This document shows, piece by piece, positions 47,442-57,800 of a stretch of 64,000 bases of DNA; position 1 is the stretch's first letter, and every line of letters begins with the position of its first letter. The stretch spans positions 736,001 to 800,000 of the forward strand of contig CBDCGL010000011.1 in the NCBI GenBank assembly GCA_965216755.1, written 5' to 3'. Under the pieces are notes generated by a model. The model did no database searches and had not been told where the DNA came from. It saw nothing but the letters and a program-made list of their open reading frames with translations. This stretch comes from Alphaproteobacteria bacterium (GTDB lineage Bacteria; Pseudomonadota; Alphaproteobacteria; UBA7887). The position numbers were made by a program, and so were the translations under genes.

Positions 47442-48233
47442 ATGGAATCCGAGAGAAGCATGCTTGATATTGAAGCCTATAAGCCGGCGCGCATGGCCGA
47501 ATTGGCCGAGACCGCAGGTGTGGCCAAGACCAAACTTGGATTTGCGCAAACTTTTGCGCTCGCCACCTTGGCCGGCGCCTTCATTGGCTTTGGTGCGCTG
47601 TTCTACATGGTGGCCGTGACCGACACAGGTCTGGGCTATGGGCCGACCCGATTGTTGGGTGGATTGGCTTTCTGTCTTGGGCTCATACTCGTTGTTGTTG
47701 CAGGCGCCGAACTCTTCACGGGCAACAATCTCATCGTCATGGCCTGGGCCCATGGCCATGTCAAGAGCGTCGAGGTGTTACGAAATTGGGCGATTGTCTT
47801 TGCCGGAAATCTGGTTGGCGCGGTTGGCTTGGCCGCATTGGTACTGGCATCGGGGATCACGGACGGCCCAATCCAGAGCACAGCCATCGCCATTGCCCAA
47901 GGCAAAGTCGCGCTGGAGCCAGATCAAGCTTTTTTTCGAGGAATCCTTTGTAACACATTGGTTTGTCTAGCGGTTTGGCTCTGCTTTGCGGCGCGGCGCG
48001 TAACCGGGAAGATTGCCGCAATCATTTTTCCGATCACCGCCTTTGTCGCCATCGGTTTCGAACACTCCATCGCCAACATGTTCTTCTTGCCGGTCGGTTT
48101 GTGGCTTTCCGAAACCGCGATTCTGATGCCGCTGGTCACCAACCTGGTGCCTGTAACGTTGGGAAATATTGTTGGGGGCGCGGTGTTTGTGGGCGGTACT
48201 TACTGGTTTTGCTATCTGCGCGAGCAGGATTAG
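47442..48233 (+). CDS. Formate/nitrite transporter (FNT) family channel
   Basis: LAGAFIG, GAELFTGN, GNLVG, GILCNTLVCLAVW, FEHSIANM, TLGNIVGG. Confidence 0.93.
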   Translation: MESERSMLDIEAYKPARMAELAETAGVAKTKLGFAQTFALATLAGAFIGFGALFYMVAVTDTGLGYGPTRLLGGLAFCLGLILVVVAGAELFTGNNLIVMAWAHGHVKSVEVLRNWAIVFAGNLVGAVGLAALVLASGITDGPIQSTAIAIAQGKVALEPDQAFFRGILCNTLVCLAVWLCFAARRVTGKIAAIIFPITAFVAIGFEHSIANMFFLPVGLWLSETAILMPLVTNLVPVTLGNIVGGAVFVGGTYWFCYLREQD

Positions 48234-48375
48234 CGAGACCTAAATCCAAGGCTAAATTTGCGTTCGGTTTGCTTTGAACCGTCAGCGAGATATGTCAATC
48301 ACATAACAATAAACAGGGAGAGCCGGAAGAAAAGGGGGACGAGTGCGGCTTGCTGGCGCGAATAGGAGCGGCAAT

Positions 48376-48753
48376 ATGATACGTATTCTCGTTGGACCCC
48401 TGCTGATGCTGTTTTTGGCCATTCCGGCCTTGGACTGGTCCGCAAAGGCTCAAACAACGGAAAGTCCCAAAGGAAACACGCCGGCTTTACAGCCATCGAA
48501 CCCGTCTTCTACTCCAGGCGTCAAGTGCTTGCCACACGACGACGCCGTCTCGAATCTGAAGCAGCACTATGACGAGGATGCCATTGGTTTGGGACTCAGC
48601 AACAAGGGGCAGTCTGTAGTCGAGTTGTTCGTCGCCGATACCGGCAGTTGGACCATATTGGTGACCAATACCCAAGGCGTTAGCTGTGTGGCGGCCGCTG
48701 GGCAAAACTGGTCGGACACAAAAGCCATCGACGCCTCTGAAAAAGGCACCTGA
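48376..48753 (+). CDS. Small exported hypothetical protein with two Cys
   Basis: Signal peptide; CLPHDD...VVELF...GSWTILVT...SCVAAAGQNW; RBS AGGAG upstream. Confidence 0.7.
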   Translation: MIRILVGPLLMLFLAIPALDWSAKAQTTESPKGNTPALQPSNPSSTPGVKCLPHDDAVSNLKQHYDEDAIGLGLSNKGQSVVELFVADTGSWTILVTNTQGVSCVAAAGQNWSDTKAIDASEKGT

Positions 48754-48806
48754 CGCGTTCGGGCGCGAGCAGGTCAATTTCAAGCTCGCGCGCCGCATTC
48801 ACACCG

Positions 48807-49772
48807 CTATTCGGACGTTGAGCCGACGATCGCGTGGATGTTGGCCTGATCGGCGTTGCCGCCGGTGAGAATGGCGGCGGCACGCTTGCCCCGCAATTGA
48901 TCCTGCTCGGCCAATGCTGCGGCCAACGGGGCCGCGCCCGCCGGTTCGGCCAAATTGTGGGTATCTTGCAGCAATATGCCTTGAGCACGAAGAATTTGGT
49001 CGTCACTGACCAAGACGACGCGCGCCGCGCCGCGATTGATGACGCCAACCGCGTCGGGCACGGGCACCCGCGTTGCCACACCATCGGCGAACGTATCGCA
49101 CCGATTGGTTGAAACAGGTTGGCCGCGTTCGAACGACAACGCGTAACACGGCGCGCCCTCGGCTTGAACGCCCACTACCGCACATCGCAACCCCAGCGCG
49201 TCGCGCGCGTGAATCACACCGCAAATGCCGGATCCAAGACCGATCGGCACATAGACCACATCTAAATCCGCGACATTGTCGAACAGCTCCAAGGCATAAC
49301 TGGCGACACCCATGACAAGGTCAGGATGAAACGACGGCACCATGTGCAAATCATCGGCAACGGCGCGTTCTTGCGCATGTTCGAGAGCCGCTTGAAAATC
49401 GTCGCCATGTACAACCAGCCTTGCGCCTTGAGCCGCCATGGCGCGATTCTTCTCCGGATTGTTTCCCTCGGGCACGACGATCGTTGCGGGTAGGTCAAAT
49501 CGGCTCGCCGCCACGGCAATGGATTGGCCATGATTGCCGCGCGTCGCCGCAATCACGCCGCGGCATTCGGGTTGCCGCCGTTTCAACCCGGCCATGTAGA
49601 CAACGCCACCCCGAATTTTGAACGCGCCGGTCGGCGTATGGTTTTCATGTTTGATCCATACCGAACACCCGATACGCTCGGCCAACAACGGCCAAGGGTA
49701 TTGGGGCGTCGGCGAGACGTGCGCGTGGACTTGTGCCGCGGCGGCGCGGAGCTCGCTTAATGTCGGAGGCAT
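48807..49772 (-). CDS. PLP-dependent threonine/serine dehydratase-like enzyme (no regulatory domain)
   Basis: KHENHTPTGAFKIRGG, TRGNHGQ, PIGLGSG, EPAGAA, LTGGN. Confidence 0.9.
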   Translation of the reverse strand: MPPTLSELRAAAAQVHAHVSPTPQYPWPLLAERIGCSVWIKHENHTPTGAFKIRGGVVYMAGLKRRQPECRGVIAATRGNHGQSIAVAASRFDLPATIVVPEGNNPEKNRAMAAQGARLVVHGDDFQAALEHAQERAVADDLHMVPSFHPDLVMGVASYALELFDNVADLDVVYVPIGLGSGICGVIHARDALGLRCAVVGVQAEGAPCYALSFERGQPVSTNRCDTFADGVATRVPVPDAVGVINRGAARVVLVSDDQILRAQGILLQDTHNLAEPAGAAPLAAALAEQDQLRGKRAAAILTGGNADQANIHAIVGSTSE

Positions 49773-49883
49773 TTCGACTCGTTCCACAATCGGGATGGCG
49801 ACATTATGGTGGACAACGTCAGACAGACAAGCGACAGCTTCGATGGGCTGCTGTGAGAGCGTCTGCAACAAGGGGCATTGTGC

Positions 49884-50759
49884 ATGTTCGAGGGATTTGC
49901 GCGCCGACGAATCATAGTTGACGATGTCGAGATCGCGCTTGTGGCGGCCGGCGATGGGCCGCCGCTCTTGCTGCTACACGGCTATCCGCAAAACCACGTC
50001 ATGTGGCACAAGATCGCGCCCAGTCTGGCGCGGCAATTCACCGTCGTCGCGACCGATCTGCGCGGCTATGGCGAGAGTAGTAAGCCGGAGAGCGACGCGG
50101 AACACGCCGCGTACAGCAAGCGGGCCATGGCCGCTGATCAAGTTGCAGTTATGACCGCGCTCGGTTTCGAGAAATTTATGGTGGCTGGGCACGATCGCGG
50201 TGGCCGGGTTGCCCATCGAATGGCGCTCGATCATCCCGACAGGGTCCAGAAACTCAGTGTCTTGGACATCGTGCCGACCTACCAGATATTCACAGATATC
50301 GAACAGAAGCTCGCAACGGCCTATTACCACTGGTTTTTTCTGATCCAGCCGGAGCCATTTCCGGAAACGATGATAGCCAACAGCCTGGAATTCTACCTGC
50401 GCACCATAATGGGGCGCCTGACGCGATCCGAAAATGCCATTACCGAAGACGCGTTCGCCCATTATTTGAAGTGCTTGCGGGATCCGGCGACGATTCACGC
50501 GACGTGCGAGGACTATCGCGCGGCGGCAACGATCGATTTGCGCCATGATGGGGCGAGCCGCGATCAAAAGATTACCTGCCCACTTCTGGCACTATGGGGA
50601 CGACGCGCGGTCATGGAAGCGATGTATGATGTTTTGGCCGTGTGGCGCGAATGGGCCATCGACGTGTCCGGCCAATCGGTCGATTGTGGACACTTTCTGC
50701 CCGAGGAAGCACCGGATGAAACGGCGGACGCGTTGGTCGATTTTTTTGGCTCACCTTAG
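49884..50759 (+). CDS. Alpha/beta hydrolase, haloacetate (fluoroacetate) dehalogenase type
   Basis: HGYPQ, GHDRGGRVAHR, LDIVPT, YYHWFF, CEDYRA, CGHFLPEEAP. Confidence 0.85.
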   Translation: MFEGFARRRIIVDDVEIALVAAGDGPPLLLLHGYPQNHVMWHKIAPSLARQFTVVATDLRGYGESSKPESDAEHAAYSKRAMAADQVAVMTALGFEKFMVAGHDRGGRVAHRMALDHPDRVQKLSVLDIVPTYQIFTDIEQKLATAYYHWFFLIQPEPFPETMIANSLEFYLRTIMGRLTRSENAITEDAFAHYLKCLRDPATIHATCEDYRAAATIDLRHDGASRDQKITCPLLALWGRRAVMEAMYDVLAVWREWAIDVSGQSVDCGHFLPEEAPDETADALVDFFGSP

Positions 50760-50858
50760 GTATCAATGCACTTTCGCGTTTGCGGCCGAGGCGGCGCAAA
50801 TACGACAAAGTGTTTTTCGTGTGTGACATCAATCATCAGATGACGTGCGGCGGTTTGC

Positions 50859-51653
50859 ATGGCGGAGAGACGTAGAGGCAATCGCAGATCGGACGACCGC
50901 GAAGGCAGCGTGCGGCAGGCCTTTCAACGAGGCGCGCGGCGTCCTGGATTGATGGCGCGACTACGCACCTATTTCTTGGCGGGAATCGTCGCGACCGCGC
51001 CGATTGGGATTACCTTGGCGCTGGCCTGGTGGCTGATCAATTGGATTGATTCCAAGATCGAGGGGCTGCTCTCGCCCTCGTACAACCCCCAAACCTATTT
51101 GGAACACTATCTCGGCTTCCACGTGCCGGGCATTGGCCTAATCGTCGTTTTGGTGGGATTGACGATCATCGGTTTCCTGGCCGCCGGATTGGCTGGACGA
51201 TTTGTCGTCCGGACCGGCGAGCATCTGCTTAATCGCATGCCCGTGATTCGCAGCGTCTACGGTGCACTTAAGCAGATATTCGAAACCGTTCTTGAATCAT
51301 CATCGCGATCGTTTCGCGAAGTCGTCCTGATTCAATACCCGCGACGCGGGTTATGGGCAGTCGCGTTTATCACCAGTGACACGACGGGCGAGGTGCAACG
51401 CGTTACCGACGAAACGGTGGTCAATGTGTTCCTACCGACGACTCCGAACCCGACGTCAGGGTTCCTGCTCTTCGTGCCGCGCGCGGATTTGATCATGCTC
51501 GACATGACGGTCGAGGAAGGTATCAAGATGGTGATTTCGGCAGGAATTGTTACGCCGCCTGATCGGGCGATGGAAGAAACGGCCGAGGAAGAGGAATTGG
51601 CGGCAAGCGACAAAACCGAGACGAAACAACTAAGCGAAACCGAGGTTTCTTAG
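50859..51653 (+). CDS. DUF502 family membrane protein
   Basis: RLRTYFLAG, PVIRSVY, YPRRG, VFLPTTPNPTSGFL. Confidence 0.92.
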   Translation: MAERRRGNRRSDDREGSVRQAFQRGARRPGLMARLRTYFLAGIVATAPIGITLALAWWLINWIDSKIEGLLSPSYNPQTYLEHYLGFHVPGIGLIVVLVGLTIIGFLAAGLAGRFVVRTGEHLLNRMPVIRSVYGALKQIFETVLESSSRSFREVVLIQYPRRGLWAVAFITSDTTGEVQRVTDETVVNVFLPTTPNPTSGFLLFVPRADLIMLDMTVEEGIKMVISAGIVTPPDRAMEETAEEEELAASDKTETKQLSETEVS

Positions 51654-51919
51654 TTAAGTATTTGATTGTTAAAGAAAATAGTTGGGCTTGCAAAGTAAAA
51701 TCGCGAAGTGCCTCAGCATTGCTCTAAAATTCCAGTTTTATTTCTATTTTTCAGCGAGTTACATGAGGTCATATTTTGGACACCGATAGGATCCGTAGCT
51801 CGAATACGCACGAGCGTGTAGAATATTAAGCACAAAATCAACATGTTAAACTCAATTTTTGTCAAGCATCGTAAATCGCTGATGAGACTAGGCGTCGACA
51901 AATCAGCGAGGATAATTTT

Positions 51920-52324
51920 GTGTATGTTACATCAATGGCTTGCGACAAATCCGACCAAGCCAAGGATCGGCGGCGTCTGATGCGGCGCGACGATTCGTCG
52001 CCTTCGGCTTATCGTGCAGATGTCGTTGGCAAACAAAGAGAATTACTCGACGCAATTCGTGCGGAGATCCTGGCCCTGGCGCCTCAAATCGAAGAGCAGA
52101 TGGCCTATGGCATGCTCAACTATCCCGGTATCGGCTGTTTGGCAGCGCAAAAACACCATGTCAGCCTTTACGTGTCGCCTGATGTGCTGGATAGTTTTCG
52201 TGACCGCTTCGTCGGTGTGAATTGCGGGAAAAGTTGTGTGCGATTCCGAAAACGCGAACAACTCGACCGCGACGTGCTACGACGTCTGTTACGCGCCGTT
52301 CTTCGCACCCAAGCTATGGGGTGA
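51920..52324 (+). CDS. DUF1801 (YdhG-like) small protein
   Basis: LLDAIRAEI...EQMAYGMLNY, LAAQKHHVSLY, GKSCVRF. True start possibly ATG ~51979. Confidence 0.7.
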   Translation: MYVTSMACDKSDQAKDRRRLMRRDDSSPSAYRADVVGKQRELLDAIRAEILALAPQIEEQMAYGMLNYPGIGCLAAQKHHVSLYVSPDVLDSFRDRFVGVNCGKSCVRFRKREQLDRDVLRRLLRAVLRTQAMG

Positions 52325-52328
52325 ATGA

Positions 52329-54410
52329 CTACCCAGCGCGGAGGAAACTGATCGCCACGTCACGCTCGAACAAGTAGAGCAGGGTACGTAGCGCGTGGCC
52401 ACGTTCACTGGTGAGTTCCGGATCCGTGTCCAATGTCAAGCGGGCATCGTCGCGTGCCATGGCCAGCAAGTCCGCGTGCGCGGCCAGATCAGCCAACCGA
52501 AATATTGGCACGCCGCTTTGGCGCGTGCCGAGCAGTTCACCCGCACCCCGCAGACGCAGATCCTCTTCCGCAATTCGGAATCCGTCATTCGTCTGGCGCA
52601 ATACATTGATCCGTTCGCGGGCGGTGTCGCCCAACGGTGGCTGAAATAGTAGCAAGCACGTCGACGGTCGATCTCCGCGACCGACGCGACCGCGCAGTTG
52701 ATGAAGCTGCGCCAACCCGAACCGTTCCGCGTGTTCGATGACGATCACGGTCGCTTCGGGCACATCGACGCCGACCTCAATCACGGTCGTTGCCACCAAG
52801 ATAGAGCTGTCGCCGCGCGCAAAGGCATCCATGGCGGCGTCTTTGTCCGCGCCCTTCATGCGCCCGTGAACCAGGCCCACTTGCTCTCCAAATCGCTGTT
52901 TAAGGGCCTCGAAACGTTCTTCTGCCGCGGCCAGGTCGACAATTTCGGAGTCTTCGACCAGCGGACAAACCCAATAGACGCGCTCTCCGTGGCTGCGAGC
53001 ACGATCGACCGCATCAATCACCTCACTCAAGCGGTCAAGGGCCATGGCGACTGTATTGACGGGTTTGCGACCCTTTGGCTTATCGACGATTCTTGACACG
53101 TCCATATCGCCATAGGCGGTCATCATAAGTGTGCGTGGGATCGGCGTCGCAGTCATCACCAGCAAATTCACGCCCTTTCCTTTGGCTTGCAGGCTCAGAC
53201 GCTGGTGCACGCCAAATTTGTGCTGCTCGTCGACCACGGCCAGCGCGAGATCGGCAAACTCAACGTCGCCTTGGAAGACGGCGTGGGTGCCGATGAGAAT
53301 GTCGATGTCACCCGTCGCCAAGTCGGCCAACATTTGCTCACGCGGTTTCCCTTTGCTTCGCCCGGTTAGCAGCGCGCAGCGTATTCCAATGGCATCGACC
53401 AAAGGCGCAACCGTGGCGAAATGCTGTACAGCGAGAACTTCCGTCGGCGCCATAAGTGCCGCTTGCGCGCCCACTTCAACGGCGATGAGCATCGCCATGA
53501 GCGCGACGACTGTCTTGCCACTGCCGACGTCGCCTTGCAGCAGCCGCAACATGCGTGTGGGCGCCGCAAGGTCTTGCGCAATCTCATCGATTCCGACCAC
53601 TTGACCCGGTGTCAGGTCAAAGGGCAGGTGTGCGGTCAGGGCGCCACGCAATCGGCCATCGCCATTGATGCGGCGGCCGGCACTGCGCCGTACCCGCAAT
53701 CTGACAATCGCAAGTGCCAATTGATTGGCCAACAGCTCATCATAAGCAAGTCTCAGGCGGGCTGGTGTGACAGGTTCCAAATCGTTCTGGCACTCTGGTG
53801 CGTGGACAGTGCGCACAGCGCACCGCCAATTTGGCCATTCGTGCTGTTCGATCACATCTGGCCGATGCCATTCATCAAGATCGGGTGCGCGGTCGCACGC
53901 CGCCCTGGCGGCTTTCAAAACCACACGCGGGGTCAACCCGGCCGTGAGTGGATAGACTGGCTCCACGCGCGGCAACCCGTGCGCTTCCTCTGGCGTGACG
54001 ACATAATCTGGGTGCGTGATTTGCGGGGCACCGCCGTAAAGCTCGACCGTTCCGCTGACAATTCGTGCTTCCCCGACCGGCAACAGCCGCCTCAAATAGT
54101 CTCCGCGGCCATGGAAGTAGACCAGTGATAACGTGCCGGTATCATCGGAACAGATGACTTTGTAGGGCTGTCGCGGATGGCGCGGCGCGAGATGTTCCTC
54201 GATCGTGACAGTCATCGTGGCAATACGGCCCCCCGGCGCCACGGCAATTTCGGGTGTGAAGCTGCGATCGACCAGGTTGCTCGGGAAATGCCACAATATG
54301 TCGACAACTCTTGATCCCGTGAGTTTGCCGAACAAGCTGGCCAAGCGTGGGCCGACACCCGGCAATGTCGTGACTTCTGCGAATAGCGGGTTCAGGACTG
54401 TCGGGCGCAT
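52329..54410 (-). CDS. recG: ATP-dependent DNA helicase RecG
   Basis: LLQGDVGSGKT, APTEVLA, DEQHKFGV, TATPIPRT, QLHQLRGRVGRG, GTRQSG. Confidence 0.97.
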   Translation of the reverse strand: MRPTVLNPLFAEVTTLPGVGPRLASLFGKLTGSRVVDILWHFPSNLVDRSFTPEIAVAPGGRIATMTVTIEEHLAPRHPRQPYKVICSDDTGTLSLVYFHGRGDYLRRLLPVGEARIVSGTVELYGGAPQITHPDYVVTPEEAHGLPRVEPVYPLTAGLTPRVVLKAARAACDRAPDLDEWHRPDVIEQHEWPNWRCAVRTVHAPECQNDLEPVTPARLRLAYDELLANQLALAIVRLRVRRSAGRRINGDGRLRGALTAHLPFDLTPGQVVGIDEIAQDLAAPTRMLRLLQGDVGSGKTVVALMAMLIAVEVGAQAALMAPTEVLAVQHFATVAPLVDAIGIRCALLTGRSKGKPREQMLADLATGDIDILIGTHAVFQGDVEFADLALAVVDEQHKFGVHQRLSLQAKGKGVNLLVMTATPIPRTLMMTAYGDMDVSRIVDKPKGRKPVNTVAMALDRLSEVIDAVDRARSHGERVYWVCPLVEDSEIVDLAAAEERFEALKQRFGEQVGLVHGRMKGADKDAAMDAFARGDSSILVATTVIEVGVDVPEATVIVIEHAERFGLAQLHQLRGRVGRGDRPSTCLLLFQPPLGDTARERINVLRQTNDGFRIAEEDLRLRGAGELLGTRQSGVPIFRLADLAAHADLLAMARDDARLTLDTDPELTSERGHALRTLLYLFERDVAISFLRAG

Positions 54411-54535
54411 CGACTCCGCCAACCTAACTGGGCGAGGGCGCCAAACTAGCGCAGCGAGACGCCGGGACCAACTACCGGAATGACCGCCATTTGCAGGCTG
54501 ACAGGAGGCGCCGGTCAGCTTATATGCTAGCACTT

Positions 54536-54832
54536 ATGTCTCTATCGTCAGAGCCCGCACCCGACCACCAGCGATCCCTCGATACGCGGCGCCGGCGGGC
54601 ACGGTTTCGCGCTTGGCATCGCGGATCTCGCGAGGCCGATTTGTTGCTGGGGCCGTTTGTCGACGCGTGGGTCGAGCGCTTGAAAGATGACGAGTTATCG
54701 ACTCTGGAAGCGCTCTTGGATGAAGATGACCACGACATTTGGGATTGGGTGCTCGCGCGTTCGCCGTTGCCACCGCACTTCGAGCACCCTGTGCTCGACA
54801 AACTGATCGCAATGGCAACGCGCGAGACGTGA
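54536..54832 (+). CDS. sdhE: Succinate dehydrogenase flavinylation factor SdhE/SDHAF2
   Basis: RFRAWHRGSREADLLLG (RGxxE motif); typical position between recG and mfd. Confidence 0.9.
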   Translation: MSLSSEPAPDHQRSLDTRRRRARFRAWHRGSREADLLLGPFVDAWVERLKDDELSTLEALLDEDDHDIWDWVLARSPLPPHFEHPVLDKLIAMATRET

Positions 54833-57800
54833 TCGTGACGACAATCGACAAGCTTCTGCAATCCGGCGCTCATCTGACTTTGACAGGCGCACCAGAAGGT
54901 CGCGACGCCTTGGCCGTTGCCGATTTGGCGTCGACGGCGGCGGAGCGCGACATTTTGGTGATCGCCCGCGACGATGCGCGCATGGCGTCGTTGGCGGCGG
55001 CGACTAAAGTGTTCGCGCCAGACCTTGCCGTTTCGATTTTCCCCGCGTGGGATTGCCTGCCATATGATCGCGTGTCGCCGCGCCGCGATCTTTGCGCGAC
55101 ACGTTTGCGTACGTTGTCCGAGTTGGCCTCGCGGCCGAATGGCGCGCAGTCGACCAGGCGCGTTGTTGTGGCGACATGCAACGCGGTTATTCAACGGGTG
55201 CCACCGGCGACGGTTCTGGCCGGATTGTCTTGGCAGCTGAAATCTGGCGATTCGCTTGATGTTGCAGCGTTAACAGCGTTCTTGCAGCGGGCCGGCTACG
55301 TCCGCACGGCAACGGTGATGGAACCCGGCGAATACACCGTGCGTGGCGGAATTATCGACATTTATCCGCCAGGTGAAGATGAGCCGGTTCGGGTCGATCT
55401 GTTTGGCGATATCGTGGAATCAATCCGCGCATTTGACCCATTGACCCAACGCTCTTCGACTCGCCGGCCATCGCTCCATCTGATCCCGGCGTCGGAAGTG
55501 CAGTTAGATGACGACTCGATTGCCCGATTTCGCGGCCGCTATCGTGCTTTGTTCGGCGCCGTAACTGGTGACGATCCCTTATACGAGGCCGTTTCGGCAG
55601 GCCGACATCACGTTGGGATGGAACACTGGCTGCCCCTTTTTCATGAACATTTGGAAACAATTTTCGAATATCTGCCAGATGCGGTGGTGCTTTTGGACCA
55701 TTTGTGTGACGAGGCCCGCAGTGAGCGACTACAGGCGATAGACGACTACTATCAGGCGCGGGTTGACCAAGCGACCCGGCAGTCGACCATGGCGGGAACC
55801 GACTACAAGCCCGTCGAGCCCGAAGCACTTTTTGTTGGGGCGAGTGCGTGGACCCGCATCCTCGCTGGCTACAGCATCGGCAGTTTTGTGCCGTTCCAAG
55901 TGCCGGAGGCGACCCCGCAAATTGTCGATTTAGGCGGCCGACGGGTGCGTGATTTTGCTCCGGAAAGGCAAAAACGCGACTCTGGTCTGTTCGACGCAGT
56001 ATCCAAGTTCTTGGGCGATCGCCTCGCGCAGGGGCGCGTGGTCGCCATCGTCTGTCGCAGCGCGGGTTCGCGAGATCGCTTGCACGCTCTGCTGGAGAGT
56101 CACGGATCTAATGCGTGTGCGCGGGTCGAGCAATGGCAAGAACTGGCGGCGACGCGGGGGCGTGTGGCCGGTCTATTGGTCCTTGGGTTGGACCATGGTT
56201 TCGAAACCGACGACACGACTGTCCTTTCCGAGGAGGACATTCTCGGCGATCGCTTGGCGCGTCCACCGCGCCGCAACCGCCGCGCCGCTAAGTTCTTAGC
56301 CGAGGTTTCGAATTTGGAGGCCGGGGACCTGATCGTTCACGTTGATCATGGCGTCGGTCGGTTTGAGGGATTGGTATCCCTGGATGTCGCCAGCGCCCCG
56401 CACGATTGCTTGAAGCTAAGCTATGCCGGCGGCGACCGTTTGTTTGTTCCGGTCGAGAACATCGATGTCCTTTCGCGGTTTGGATCGGGAGACGGCGTTG
56501 CGCCACTAGACAAATTGGGTGGCGCTGGGTGGCAAGCGCGGAAATCCAGACTCAAGAAAGCCTTGCGCGATATGGCTGCCGAATTGATGCAGACCGCGGC
56601 CGCCAGAGTAGTGCGTTACAGTCCCGTGATATCACCACCAGAAGGCCTTTATGATCAATTCTGTGCGCGCTTTCCTTACGACGAAACAGATGATCAAAAA
56701 CAAGCCATCGACGACTGTATAGCCGACCTTGCCACCACCAAACCCATGGACAGGCTGATTTGCGGTGACGTCGGCTTCGGCAAAACGGAAGTGGCACTAC
56801 GCGCCGCGTTCATCGCGGCTTATAGCGGACGCCAAGTGGCTGTGGTTGTGCCGACGACATTGTTATGCCGTCAACACTATCAGACATTTCGGGATCGATT
56901 TGAGGGATTACCGCTGGAAATTGGGCAATTGTCCCGGTTGGTGGGATCCAAGGAGGCCGGGGCCGTTAAAGAGGGGCTCGCGGAGGGGCGGATAGACATC
57001 GTCATTGGGACGCATACGCTTCTGGCCAATACGATTTCATTCAAGGATCTCGGCCTGCTGATTATCGACGAAGAGCAACATTTTGGTGTCGCGCAAAAGG
57101 AAAGACTCAAGGCACTCAAGGCAGAGGTCGATGTCTTAACTCTGACCGCGACACCGATTCCGCGCACTTTGCAGTTGGCGCTCAGTGGGGTCCGCGATTT
57201 GAGCTTGATCGCGACTCCGCCGATCGATCGGTTAGCGGTACGTACCTTCGTGATGCCGTTCGATCCGGTTGTTGTCCGCGAAGCGATTTTGCGCGAACAG
57301 TATCGTGGCGGCCAAACATTCTACATTTGCCCGCGCATCGAAGACCTTGACAGGGTAGCGGCCGAACTTTCACGGATTGTCCCGGAAGCAAAGGTTGCCA
57401 TCGCGCACGGCCGCATGGCCGCACGCCGCCTGGAAGACGTGATGACGTCCTTTTGTGACGGCAAATACGACATATTGTTGTCAACTTCGATTATCGAATC
57501 CGGTTTGGACATTCCGAGCGCGAATACAATGGTGGTTCATCGGGCCGACATGTTCGGATTGGCCCAGCTCTACCAACTGCGTGGACGCGTCGGCCGTTCG
57601 AAAACACGCGCCTATGCCTATTTCACGGTGCCGCCGCACAGACTGCTAAAAGGCGCGGCCGAGGCGCGTCTGAACGTCATTCAAACACTGGACAGCCTCG
57701 GGGCTGGGTTTTCGCTCGCAAGCCACGACTTAGACATTCGGGGCGCGGGCAACCTCTTGGGGGATGCCCAATCCGGCCACATACGTGAAGTCGGGATCGA

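Noticed and set aside
51860-51910. Hammerhead-ribozyme-like core CTGATGA-GAC-TAGGC-GTC-GACA
   Set aside because: The required GAAA reads GACA, and I could not form stems I and III. A simple 8-bp inverted repeat explains the sequence.
51654-51935. AT-rich region as replication origin
   Set aside because: No good DnaA boxes or CtrA TTAA-N7-TTAA sites, and none of the usual oriC-flanking genes.
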